A DNA stretch of 64,000 nt from Tricharina praecox (lineage: Eukaryota). The notes beneath the pieces were generated by a model. That model was not told where the DNA came from, ran no database searches, and worked only from the letters and a program-made list of their open reading frames with translations. Location: positions 62,001 to 126,000 of the forward strand of contig NW_026250446.1 in the NCBI RefSeq assembly GCF_024521635.1, in the 5' to 3' direction. Made by a program: the position numbers and the translations under genes. Shown piece by piece: positions 49,365 through 61,927 of this stretch (position 1 is its first letter; every line of letters starts with the position of its first letter).

Positions 49365-50996
49365 TCGAGACGGTTGAAGAAGCATTCAAACACAACAAAA
49401 CATCCGAAAGGGGGTTCACCTTCGGGTTTCCTCTAGAACAAAAACATCGTTTACCTGGCTGCATGCGAGGCGGCGAGGTTTTTGTTTCGGGCTTTATAAG
49501 TAGAGTACACACTGTTCTTTTCGACCTAAGTGAGCCGTCTGGGTGTTTGAACTCCTGAGAGCTCTGAAACGGTACTCTACTTTCCTTACTCTATCCCGCA
49601 GCTTCCCTTCCCGAGAAAATGTGATCTCTAAACGCAGCTGTCCTCTACTTCAGGACCAACTCCACACGACGGATGGGTCCGGCACGAGTCCGACAGAATG
49701 GATATTGACGACCGGGTCTTCTTGGTGCCTAAAATCCTTGCTCCGGTGAAGCCCATGAGTTACATCACGAGAGAAGATCTCTTATTTAGATGTGTTTCAC
49801 CTACGACCACTCCAGTCACAACCTCGCGGGTACGCAGTCACATAGCTTGATCTTGGAAATCACCCGATGCCGGAAAATGAATGGACAGAACCTCTATTCT
49901 AGATAAATGTAGAAGCAACTTGTGACAGTTATGTACAGCTGAGTACCGGATACTTGTCGTAGGCAGATAGCCAGATCAACGATAATTATGGCCTTACCAG
50001 CCGTGGTTTCAGGTAGCGATAATATGGAACATGCGTCCCCGTAGAAGAAAAAACTTCCCATTTCCCCCTACATACTGGAGGCTATGTACAAGGTGGAAGA
50101 CTTAAGTCATGGCCACCTTCATCGCAACTGCACGGGCGTCTACCTACCTAGTTTCAATATGCAATATCTACCGGCTCATCACCCCCGCTTCCCCACCGCT
50201 GTCTAACCCAGCTTTTATCAGGCGGCTCGATGAGACTTTCCCTGCCCCCGCCGTGGCCTGTCCCAAACTGTTCCGGAGTTCTCAAGCAGCGTATCACTGT
50301 GCATCACTCGCCAGCCGAGTGATACCATGTGTTCACGTTTTGGTGGTGGATATGCAGGATGATATTCGACCGAAAGATGTCTTAGATGATGTCTAGCTAT
50401 ATGGACAGGATCAGACCCTTTTATATGTGAGAGGATAAGAGATGCTAATCATGCAGAAACAAGAGAGCGAACTCGTGACAAGCAATGAAATAAAAGAGTG
50501 ATAGCCATGAAGGATCAATGAAACAAACGAGTGGTATTAGTGAAGGATCAATGAAACCAACATATGCAAATCAACACCAGGTGTATCGACGGCAGCGAGA
50601 AGTCTCAATTATGTAACGTGGTGATATTGTTATGATCTAGATAGGTCGCATGCAAGCAATGATTAAACAAAAAAAAAAGTCTCAATAACGACTCTCAACG
50701 GCGATAGGGGTGCCCCCCCCGCCACCACTGTTGGCGAGTGTATTGATCCAGAAGAAGGGCCGACGTCGTTGCCGACCCAGGCGCGGATGGTCTTCGAGCC
50801 AGAGACAACGACGACAGCCTCGCTGGGCTCGACGTCACCCATCTTGACGTCAGGAGCAACCTCGTTGCCCCGACTGCAGCTTCATCGGCTCCGCAGTCCA
50901 GTTTCCCGACGTCGGCCTCTACAGCGGCTTCCCGAGGTCACAGTCCATCTGCCCCCCACCGGCAGGGATCTGCGCCTCGGTCTTAGCATCCCGGAC

Positions 50997-52805
50997 TTAG
51001 TCACTGGGAGCTGCCGCCTTCTTGGCGGATCGCGTGGCTCTTGGAGCCGAAGGCTTCTGGTAGGCCTTTCGCGTCTTTCCCACTTTGTCTGTGGAGTCCC
51101 CACGCTTCTTCCGGAGCTGTCGCTCCGGGCCCTCCCACGTCTTTCCGCGGGGGGATTCTGCACCGCGCGCGGCCGGCTTGCCTTGAGCGACAGGCGGAAG
51201 ATAATACCAGAGGTACGATTGCTCGTACGAGGCATTAACTTCCGCCTGGCTCGCGGCGGAGATCCTTCTCTCAGGCCTCGCTGAGCGTACCTCGCGGGAA
51301 CGGGTGTTTAAGGGGGCGGCAGGGGTCGGGACCACAGATTCTTCCTCATCCCCGGAATTATCCGCTCCTGGTGCAGATTCGGGATATTTGGCCGGCGCGG
51401 CGGCGAACTCGGAAGCTTGAGATGGTGGGATTGAGGATTGGGGTGAATTGAGCAGGCGGGCCACGGACAGATCCTCTGGAGACGCGCTTCGGCGTGGAAA
51501 ACGTGTGGCAAAGGGATGCTCGGGAGAGACACTGCGGTGTGGTGAATCTGCAGCAGGCGGATGCTGGGGAGAGATACTGCGGTGTGGTGCACTTGGGGTA
51601 TGCGGATTCTCGGCAGAGACGCTGCCGTGTGGAGAACTAGGCGCATCCGAAGACACAAGAGGTTCAATATGAGGAAGGCTGGGAGGCGAGGCATAACTCT
51701 CTTCCTCTTCTTCAACATCGCCAATATTGTCGTCATCGTCATTCTGTAAACAGTCAGTCGCAGCCCCGCACCGGAGAGAAAGGTTGTTCCGTACGTCGTT
51801 GTCCAAAATTACAATCGCAGTCTTCTCATAATCATCTTCAGAAACGCTGACCATGTCATCATCTTCCTCTTCAGCAACGGTAACGTTGTAATCATCATCA
51901 TTCTATAAACTATCAGCCACACCCCAACACGATGAAGAAACTTTGATACGTACTTCGTCATCTAAAATGATGATCGCATTGTCTTCATCTTGTCCTTCAG
52001 CAACGCTGGCTTTCTCATTCTCATCATCTCCATTCTGTAAACAATCAGTCACAGCCCCAAATGCGAAAGAGAGGTTGATACGTACAGGAGTGCCGGGGGT
52101 CGAAGCATCACTCTCTTCTTCTTCCTTTACAGCAACGCTACCATTTTCATCATCCTCATCCTGCAAACAGTCAATCCCAGCCCTACACGATCAAGGAAAG
52201 TGGATACGTACTTCGCCGTCTGACATGATCGTACTCTCATAATCTTCCTCAGCAACGCTGGGATTGGCATCTTCTTCCTCTTCAGTAATATTGAGATTTT
52301 CTTCATCGTCCTCTTCATCAACGCTAAAATTATCCTCATCATCTTCATTCTATAAAAAGTCAAATCCAGCTCCACACCAGAAGGAAAGGTTGATACGTAC
52401 GTCTTCGGCATCACTGGCGACCTCAGTTTGATTACCAGAAGTTAAGATAGCAGACGTCTGATTCGCGTCCTCGCGAACGGATCCATGGGTAGTAAAGTTG
52501 TTGTCTTGCGGGAGGTTATTATCTTTCTGGGCATCGAGTCCTTGACTTGCAGGATCTTTAGGATCAAGCTCTTCGGCATTTGAACCATCATCACAGCTAC
52601 CGTCGTAATCTGGAGCATCGGAAATTTCGATGTCATTATCTTTATCCTCCTCTGCGTCGTCATCATCGAAATCGCCTCGGAGTTGTGCGGCTTTAAACGC
52701 AGCCAGCTTTGCAGCTCGATCAGCGGCGGCTTTCTGCTGTGCTGCCAACTTCTTCTTGCCAACGCGCGGTGGACGCTTCTGAATCTTGTGGGTTAATCGG
52801 GCCAT
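50997..52805 (-). CDS. Acidic low-complexity protein (~517 aa, 6 exons: 52805-52401, 52349-52212, 52160-52086, 52034-51954, 51902-51795, 51743-50997)
   Basis: Basic N-terminus (NLS-like KRPPRVGKKK); five phase-0 introns GTACG..YAG of 51 nt each keep one frame; D/E-rich exons; SPHRS repeats. Coding-like sequence past the TAA (to ~50695) suggests the 3' end may be mutated. Confidence 0.75.
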
Positions 52806-53751
52806 GGTATGACTTGAATGAGAAGAGAAAAGGTGAGGGGAGAAAGTGAGGAGTAAAGGGTGGGGAAAAATGTCGAGACTGGGGAAGAGGCAGTCGAGGT
52901 CGTAAACCGTCGGATCGTGTCGCTAAGGTTGTTCGCAAAAACTCAAAGAGTAGGCAGGACAGAAAGTCGAAGTTGTCAGTGAGCAGTGTGTGAACAAGAA
53001 GCGTGGAGAGAAAAGAAAGGAAGAAGGAGGAGAGAAGGTGGAAGGGAGTGGTTGGGGTATCTGCAGCCTTGGCGCTAGTGACTTTGAAGTGTGCTCTCAC
53101 AAGTCTTGCGCGTCCAGGGTTACGACCCTTCAAAGCCCCTCACCTCTCTGTAATAGTCGGAAGATGCAACTCAGTTTCGGCATAGGATGCAAAACCCAGA
53201 CGCTAAACCGAGCACCTGTGGTGGCGTATTCAGGACCTAATTGCGTCGTAACAAGGAAGGGCACGCTGCGCTCATATTTCACTCCGCTGCACTAATCTGT
53301 AATGCCGGGTATCGACTGGTACCGTAGGCCTTTTGCTGCTCGACAACCGTATTGTCTGGTACTGAATACACAGTAGCAGACTATCGCCGCATAATACCTA
53401 CAGTCGCGACTGCCGGCACACATTTGGCGGTACAGTAGAGTAACGCTTAGTACTGCTCGGTACAGAGCAGTACTGCTATCGCTGCATCACCGGACGCGGT
53501 ACTAGCCAGTACTGCCTGCGGCCACGTAGGGCAGGATACATTGGGTAATTCTGCTCCGAAACCGTCAATACTGCTTGGTACAGAATTTACTGAGAAGTTA
53601 GAACAGTGTGGCAGCTATCGCCGGGACACCTCTCAAGAAGGTTTCGATGCCATACTAGACCAGAAATGCGTGCATCGTGAACAAGACCCCTGGGGTGAAT
53701 GACAGGTGGTGTGGCGGGAGCCGTTGCTAGGACCAGCATCAAGATCAATGT

Positions 53752-54112
53752 TAGGCCTGGGAATCGTCCGTCCCGTCCGTCCTTGGCTATGCTCTGGACG
53801 AGACGGAATTTGTGGGGCCCGGAATATCAAGAACTATAGGGCTCCGGGCAGGCCGGAGGACTACTTAGGCCCCATTCAGACCCCGAAATGCTGGCGCTAG
53901 TACTAGCCTTCGCTAGTGGCGCTAAGGAGTTGGCAGCACGGCGGCACCGTACACTTAGTAGCCAGCCGCTTTCGCACTAAACATTTCCGGGCCCCACGGG
54001 CTTTTTGGACCTCGGACGGAGCCCGACTCGTCCGGCCAAATCCTCGCCCCAGATGGGACGGCGCCGCCGGACCCCAATAGTCTTCCGTCCGGACGGACTA
54101 TTCCCAGGCCTG
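53752..54112. mobile_element. Short hAT-like MITE, 361 bp
   Basis: TIRs TAGGCCTGGGAATCGTCCGTCC / GGACGGACTATTCCCAGGCCTG; TSD not clearly identifiable. Confidence 0.75.
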
Positions 54113-54795
54113 AAGACCATTCGATGCGGATTTTTTGCTACTTTAACGCAGAGAAACGATAAACCTACATCTGAACGTTTCGAAGAACATGGAACATAGC
54201 TTTGATATCAGCTTCACAATTTCTCCAATCTCGAGCAGTAATGTTAACTTTGATGGCGCAAAGTTGTAGGCGCAGTTCGAAGGATGATTAGGTGGCAGAT
54301 CATAAGATGTTAGTATGTAGATACACAATAGATTAGTTCTGTGATTAAATAACAGGATGTGAGTACATAGCTACATAAGCATCGCAAAGGACCAGCTTCC
54401 ATGATCACGACGATACAGGGCAAGAAACCTAACTTCTTGTTTCTATGTGGCTTCACGATGTGAGTAGGGATCTGCCCTCTCAGCGTCTTTCTATCTCCAC
54501 TGTCATCGTAGCTCGTGGCATAAATACGAGCTCCCCACTCCTCCCTCTTCACTTTAATAAACAAGCTGGACATCCACGACATCTACCTCTACGATATCCA
54601 CGACATCTACCTCCAGCTGCATCCACAAGGAGTTACGAGAATGACGACTTGCATCCACGATATCTGCCTCTGCTTGCATCTACGACGAACTGCGAAGATT
54701 ACAACGCCTTCACAGTACTGACCACTACTACCGATTTCGTCAACACTCACTACTACCTACACGCACTACTACACCGTCACCAGTACATCGTCGGG

Positions 54796-55008
54796 ATGCC
54801 CGTCCACACGGCCTGTAATTATTGCGACAAGTCGGTGGCACACGGTAGCGGACTCAAGTTGATTCCTTGCGGCCATGGCTGCATCCACAGGTCCTATTTC
54901 TTTTACTCGGGAGAAAAGGTCGATGATGGGCGCAAGTACATCTGTCCTCGCTGCTATCAGTCCGGAACCTTGAGCTTATTGCCTAGAGATGAAGGTAACA
55001 TCCAGTAG
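54796..55008 (+). CDS. Small RING-H2-like zinc-finger protein (70 aa), sixth ligand Tyr
   Basis: CNYC-x14-CGH-GCI-H-RS-Y-x15-CPRC. Confidence 0.5.
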   Translation: MPVHTACNYCDKSVAHGSGLKLIPCGHGCIHRSYFFYSGEKVDDGRKYICPRCYQSGTLSLLPRDEGNIQ

Positions 55009-55261
55009 TTAGGGGTGCTCATTAGGAATCTCGGGGTACTCTTGGGAAAACTGATGATAAATAAAATGGGGTGTGATGAAATAAAATTTGTGATTGAGGC
55101 CTGGTATTGAACTCTTTTTCGAGTGATTTCGAACTACATTTCTCCCGTAAGTCTAGATATGGGAACAGGATCGCATACCAAAGGATCCTGCTTCGCGATT
55201 ATGCAGTGAACTGGATAGGCCCCGTCCCCACCGTCTAGACGAATCCTCTATGGGACCCCAA

Positions 55262-55400
55262 TCTAGCATCCTCCCCAGGGTTGCTACCGTTGTAACAGCT
55301 AAGGACCTTGGGGCTTGGTGACCCCCCCACCTTTCGGGAAATTCGCTCCAACCGAGCCATGATCACTGCTAGTGACCTTCTTGCTTTTTCAATTGTAACC
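55262..55400 (-). repeat. tRNA-like structured dispersed repeat, copy C (diverged, no clear B box)
   Basis: TCCTCCCCAGGGTTGCTACCGTTGTAAC..GGGAAATTCGCTCCAACCGAGCCATGATCAC matches copies A and B. Confidence 0.65.
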
Positions 55401-56639
55401 CCCTCCTCCATCGGCACCTGCTATGACTCGGCATTACCAATAATTCCACAAAACCCGTTCCGAAATAAAACATCACATTTTTGTTGATGGCTCTTTTTAC
55501 TAGCATCCTTAACGCGTGCGGCGGGGTCGAGAGGAGATACAGCACACACAGAGGAACAAGGATGTAGACGGCGTTGATCGCCTAACTATGCTGTAGATGA
55601 TGATATGAGAGAAAGAGAGGCCGAGCGGACAGATTCTCAAGCTGAATTCGCTCCCTCCTCGCTGGCTACCATAATCATCCACACTCCCTCCATCGTTCCC
55701 CGCTCGCTGACAGCCGATTCATCAGTAACCAGTTCCTCCTCTCACCGACAACGTTTTCGTTTAATCATCTTAGCATTTGACCTGAGGAGATCATGACTGT
55801 AGTTCACATCCGGTTCTTCCTACTCTCTCCGACCGCTGTGCCGTCCAACAGACGGCAATGTAGGCGAGGATCAAGAACGAAACTAGAAGGGAAAAAAGGG
55901 AATTGGCATGGCAGACTTGTTCGCAGACGAGCGCTGCTCGGACGCAGTGTTAGAATATCTAAGATTTTAGGGTCGACGAAGGTGGGAAAGAAAACCTTAA
56001 CAGCAGAAAGGGAGGCCGATGTGGGGAGAGACACCTCCGTGGCCGAGCCGGAGTTTCTGCCGGAATACTGTGTCTCTGGTTGGTGCGGGTCAATGAGTGT
56101 GGTGGTGTTTTATTTGGTAGGTGGACAATGAGCTTGGTGATGGTGTTTTGTTTGGTAGGCAGCAACGTAGCATCAAGCCGAGGCGATAGTGGTTTCTCTC
56201 TACTCCGCGGAGCGGACAGGAAACGGGAAGTTGGTGGTCGCCATAGTCTGGTAAAGGCCGCTGCCCGTAAACAAGCTAAAATTGATCATGATACTATTCA
56301 CAAATTGCGGGACAATATTGCTGCCATCAGAGTGAACAATAATGTCTATTATACTTCCTGTCTAAGGTATGGAGACATTTCCCTACGCGACCTTAGTCAT
56401 CTGACTGTCGGCCAAAACGTTTTCATTTGCAAGGGGCGAGTGACAGCGCGTGAATGGCTGCAACGGCGAGTTGAGGTCGAAAACAGGTTTTCGCCGATAG
56501 CAGATTCACCTATAAAAGAACCCATTCCCACCCCTCCTTTCCTTTTCGGTTTTCCTCTACATCGCACTTCCTTTGACCACCTCCCCCTCCACTTCCTGCG
56601 ACAATCTTTTCCTCACATTTACTTTTTCCCGCACCCACA

Positions 56640-58708
56640 ATGGTCAAACGAAGAGCGATCGACGAACCTGAAGGGGCTCTACCCGAGAAGTGGTTGTCCC
56701 GGGCGGGGAGTCAACCCCTTTCCCTCCCTCCCCCTCCCCCCCCCAGCAGCTGCGTCCGTTATTGGGCCCAGTCACGCCGTCCACCCTGGTGCTAGCACCG
56801 GGTCGAAGAGACGAGCAACCGAGGATCTAGACGGCGCAAAGTTGCCGCACGCTGAGAATTCGCGTCGGCCGGTCTCTGGATTTGCCCTTCCCCCTCCCCC
56901 TCCCCCTCCCCCTCCCCCTTCCCCATATCCCGCGGCCTTGAACATATTGCGCGACAGGGGCTTGGTGAAGCGAGCTGAAGAGCTCGTGGTCGCCGCCCAA
57001 GATTGCTAACAGAAGGGGAACGGTATGGCTGTCGAACGGCTCGTAGATGAGATTCGGCTGATGAAGCAGATGGCCGACACGCGCGCTGATCTGTCTAAGG
57101 CGACGAAGACAAAGGTTGGAGGAGCCTTCAGGCAGATCCTGACCTGGGAGATCCAACCAAGACCGAAGCCCAGGACCTTCGCGCAAGCGAAGGTAATGGA
57201 CAGGGCGGGTGCTCAGGCTTGTGCTCAGCAGCAGGCGGAAGCGGATGCGTGGGCGTGGCCTTTTGGCCAAGCCCTAGCGGAAGTCGATGCCCAGGCTCAG
57301 GCGCGGGCCCGTGATGCTGAATTCCAGCGTCAGGCTTAGCTCCAGCTTCAGGCTAAGGCCATGCAGGAATTAGAGGCAGCACATGCTCGGGCACAGGCAG
57401 CACATGCTCGGGCGCTGGCAGAAGCGGAGGCGAGGGCTCGGGCTTTTGCTCAGGCCCAAGCGGAAGCGGAAGCGCAGGCTCTGGCGCGGGCCGTGATGCG
57501 GAGGCGCAGGCGAGGGCTTTAGCCTAAGCCCAAGCCGACGCGGAGGTAGCTTGGGCACAGGCGGCAGCGGAAGCGCAGGCGAGGGCTATTGCCCAAGTCC
57601 AAGCGGAAGCAGCGGCCAAGGCTCAGGCATGGGCCAATCAAATGAACCTCCAGAAAGAGGCACCAGCCAAGGCTCAGACGGCCACCGAGGCTCGTGCTCG
57701 CGCACAGGCTGATGAGGAGGCCCGCTAGAAGCAGGCACAGGTGGAAGCTGAGGCTCGTGAACGAGTTCAGGCGGAAGCGGATGTGAAGGCGAGGGCTTTT
57801 GCCCAAGCCCAAGCGGAAGCCGATGCCACAGCTCGGGAACTTGCCGGTGATGCGGACAAGCAGAGGCTGTCACAGGCCACAGCTGAGGCAATTGCGAAAG
57901 CAGATGCCGACGCTCAGGCTCAGGCGCAAGCCAGAGCCCAGGCGGAGCAGAAGAACGCCCGGCTTCTAGCAAAGAAGCGGGCAAAAGCTGAGGCTATCGC
58001 GCAAGCTCTGGCCCAAGCTCTGGCCCAAGCTCTGGCCCAGGCTCAGGCCCAGGTCTCGGCTCAGGCGAAAGCCCAAGCCGAGACTCCGGTGCAACTTGCG
58101 CCGATTACTTCTGCTCCTGGGCCAGCACCTGCCCCTGTCCAGCCACAGCCGCTGCAGGCTGAATCTCAGAGGGAACAGTCGCCGGTACCGGGGCCAGTGA
58201 TCTCGTCCGCGCCTCCGACGATCGTCGCCCAGACCGAGCAGCAGCGTCAGCAGCAGTTCGAGACGAGTCTGAGAATCTACGAGGAGCGGCAGATCCAAGC
58301 GCTGCGAAGCGGCAGTCGCAGCATCAGCCAGAAGCCAGCAGCACCCCTCTGATGACGCTGCGGCAGCAACTTCTGCAGGAGTACCAGTTCCATGAGCGGG
58401 AGTACGAGTGTATTGTGTCATTTCAATACGCCTACCTGTCGTAGGTACTAGCTGTGATCAACATGCAGAGCGAGGCCGACCTACTGGAGACCTATCAGAA
58501 GTTGGTCTGGCAGGCTCAGCAGCAGCCTGAGTTGCTTCGCATGGGAGGGGTGAATTTCATCTGGCTCTGCGAGCAGCGATGGCAGCAGCTGGAGCAACTG
58601 CGTCACCCCCAGGCGGAGGTGTGCATGTTCGCAACGCTGGAAGAGGGGCGTGTGTGGCTGCAAGAGATCGGACAGCGGCTCGAGGAGGCCCATATGGCCT
58701 CTTTGTAA
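56640..58708 (+). pseudogene. Disrupted Ala/Gln-rich coiled-coil protein gene
   Basis: Continuous AQAQAEA-type coding with stops at Gln positions (TAG 57337, TAA 57525, TAG 57726), a frameshift at ~57491 and an intron-like GTGAAG..GCTAACAG (~56965-57012). Confidence 0.6.
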
Positions 58709-59233
58709 GGTAGGTCCTCGATTTCCTGTGTTTGCTTTTGTGTTGCTTTGTGTGATGCTTTCCGCGTTGCTTTCTGTGTTGCTTCCTCAATAATTCCTTT
58801 CCCCCCCTTCCCCTAAGCCTCGAGTATTTTCCAGGCTCGAGTGTAGTTGCAGTTGAGTCCATACCTTTTCCTGGTGACCGGCGGATCCAAATTTTTATTC
58901 GTGGGACGAGGAGACTATGGAAGGGTGAAATATTTGTTATGTTTTTTTTGTTTTTTATAGAAATCCAGAAAAAATGTTTAAAAGTACAGAAACCGTCCCA
59001 CTCTTCGTGATTGTTTATAGCATCCATGACAAGACTGAAGTAGAGTTCATTGCGGCAGTTGCGACTAACAGCACATCTTCTACGCTCAGCGTTTCTCATA
59101 TGTTGTGGAAAGAGATACACTATTGTAGGCGAAGGGCGAGGTGCATACACATCCTCAGGCTCCCGGATAGGCGTTTGAAACCAAGAATGAATATTGCTCT
59201 GGTAGGCTCGCAGCATCGCACGAGTGACTACCC

Positions 59234-61101
59234 ACCTACCCTTGTAAAAAAGGGGTTTTTTTTAACAGTGGAGCGACTGTTGTGCCATTATGTTTTGTCA
59301 AACCCGTAGGAAAAGTAAATACCACATCGTGATAGTTGAGAATTTCACACATGCCAAATTATTGACCTACAGAAGCAACTGAAAACATTGTACAGTCCGT
59401 GTTGGATTTCCAGACGTGTTGCAAGTTTTCAACGGAGGGAGTGGATATACAGTTGACAGGCTTTTCCCGTGAAAATTGGAGGCAGTAGTACAAGTAATCC
59501 CGATTATAGAGAGTTAAATGGCCGACAATTCGACACATTTAAAGAATTACTTCGAGTTTTTTTTCTCAATATGTTGCAAATCTCTCCTATGTAGTTGAAA
59601 TAAAGCGTTTGAGTGTATTAAAACGTTGCAGCATCGTTTTCGTGGCATTTTTGAACCGTTTTTGAACTGTTGAAATATGAGAGTAGGACTGCAACGTGGG
59701 AAACTGGGCTCGGGTTTTCTCGCTTATGCAGCATTTTTCACCTTGGTCTTGACGCATTGAGCACCTAAATGGATTTCTATTTGATGTACTAGTACTACCT
59801 ACGGGGCCAGCGGCCAGCATCCAGCATCCAGCATCCACGGCGGCCAGAGAAGCATTACTGCAAGGTGAGCTATATCTGCAGTGGGCACGATGGGTTATCC
59901 GCAGAGAGGGGAGGAGCTGCGGGGAGAGTAGCATTTGCGTGGAGAATAGCAGTTGTGGGGACAGTAGCTATTAGCGAGAGAAGCTATCAGGGAAGATTGC
60001 GGCGGGAGGGGTAATAGCAGATGCGGTGGGAGGGGGTGATAGCAATTGCGGTGGGAGGGGGAATAGCAGTTGCGGGGGGGAGGAGGAGATGTGAGGGGAG
60101 AAGGGGTTGTGGGAGAAGAAGAAGAAGAAAAAGAAGAAGAGGCGGATGGCTAAGAGAGCATACGACCCCGCCATGCCCGCCATGTTCGCCAACGTTGGTG
60201 CCCTCTGGAGTACTAACCACATCCGTCTTCTCCTACCGACAGGAGTCCTCCTTCACTTCCTCCTCTTGCCGACGCCTCCTCCCACAACTCCTGAGTCATT
60301 GCACGAATTGACTGAGTCATTCCTACAGTCATTTAGCGGATTGACTTAGTCATCCCTGTTCGATGACTTCAGTCATTTCACGAACTGACTAAGTCATTCC
60401 TAGAGTCATTTACTGGATTGGCTCAGTCATTCCTGTTTGATGACTAGTGTCATTCCAAGACCTGATTGAGTCATTACCAGAGTTATCTACCGGATTGACT
60501 CAATCATTACTATAGTCATCTCGCGAATTGGCTCAGTTATTCCTGTTCGATGACTAGAGTCACTTCACGGACTGACTACGTCATTACTAGAGTTATTTAC
60601 CAGATTGACTCTGTCATTCCTAGAGTCATCTCGCGGATTGACTCAGTCATTCCTGTTATTACTCCCTCTTGTGGCTGCTCGCTCATCGCTCCCCACACCG
60701 GAAAACAGTAGAAAAATGCCAAGACAACGTTTAAATTGTTGAAACGTGACGACAAGGGTAGAAAAATGCCAAGAAAGCGCTTATGTGAGCACCAACGATA
60801 TATCATCTCGAACTTGTGTTTTTATATTTCCACCAGTTCCTGTTTACTTAAGCGTTAGATCAACGTGTGATAAATTCACACATTGTCTGGCTTTTTGCCG
60901 AGTTTACAATTTAAAATGGGTGTACTGTCCATCATCATTTTATTTCCGCATCGTTTTACGTGGCTCACGTTATTCTAGATGCAATAGTTGCGGAACAGTT
61001 GCGCAATACTGCGGGGCCGCTTGTGAAATCTAATGATCGCGCAACCATTTTCCAACCCACCGCTCACGTTTAAAAAACCCCCTTTTTTTATATGGGTAGG
61101 T
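59234..61101. mobile_element. Non-autonomous TIR element, copy 2 (~1.87 kb), inserted in J-like gene copy 2
   Basis: TIRs ACCTACCCTTGTAAAAAAGGGGTTTT / AAAAAACCCCCTTTTTTTATATGGGTAGGT; the flanks rejoin to match the uninterrupted paralog at 63545-63570. Confidence 0.9.
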
Positions 61102-61276
61102 ACATACGAATGCATACCCGTCAATTATTAGCGACACATAACAGGAAAGTCGCCTGAGCAAAGCAGAAAACCTCGCCCCCTCGTGCAGCGGCCAGGGAGA
61201 CGATGTTTCTTTAGAGAAAAACCCGTAGGTAAAAAATCTCGCCACGTAACCTGCGGCCATGGAAATGGAAGGGAGT

Positions 61277-61927
61277 TCACTCATCTCTGCTCTTCGCGCC
61301 GACGGTCCACCCCATACGTCCGCAGATCGTATCGACCGTGGCCCCTCCCTCCGCCACCAACACCAGTCTCTCCTTCGCCGCCGCGCACCTCTTCGTATCA
61401 GCCGCTTCCCAGAGCGGCCGAGAAAAGGTGCCAGCTTTCCTCTGCCGCTTAGCGAGGAGAGATCGAAGCGGACACGTCTTGTAGACGCCGACCCGTCGGG
61501 TGACGTCTACTGGCTGCTTGGAGCGGCTGGGATGGCTGCCTATTCTCGCGAGTGGGGACTCGGCTTCCAATCCGGCGGGCTGCCTGATGCACACTTGGCC
61601 TAACACAATCATCAGCGAGGAAAGTGGGTATGCGCAAGGGAAAGAAACTTACATCCGCGAGCATGCCGTCGGTCGTATTCTTCGCGACACCGCTGGCTGG
61701 TCAGCACGTTCTCAGCCGCGCTGAGCTACATGGTTATAGTACCTATCAGTCTGCGTGATCATGGTGGCGGAATATGATATCAAGGATGAATTGCGCGGAC
61801 TTACATCGTGATACCGGATCGCGCCTCTCCTCACCTCCTTAATGGCCAGCCTGATCGCTGCCTTTATCTTCTCGATTGTCGCGGTGTGGGCTGCACCGAT
61901 CAGGGCATAGTAGCACCTGATGGTCAT
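61277..61927 (-). CDS. J-domain-like (HPD-less) family, copy 2; exons 61927-61805, 61725-61653, 61599-61277 (172 aa; ancestral 3' exon disrupted)
   Basis: Spliced product MTIRCYYALIGAAHTATIEKIKAAIRLAIKEVRRGAIRYHDLSAAENVLTSQRCREEYDRRHARGCQVC..; introns of 79 and 53 nt as in copy 1; the third donor is mutated to ATGAGT. Confidence 0.7.

Noticed and set aside
60290..60655. CRISPR-like array
   Set aside because: Eukaryotic context, degenerate tandem units without unique spacers, and no cas genes.
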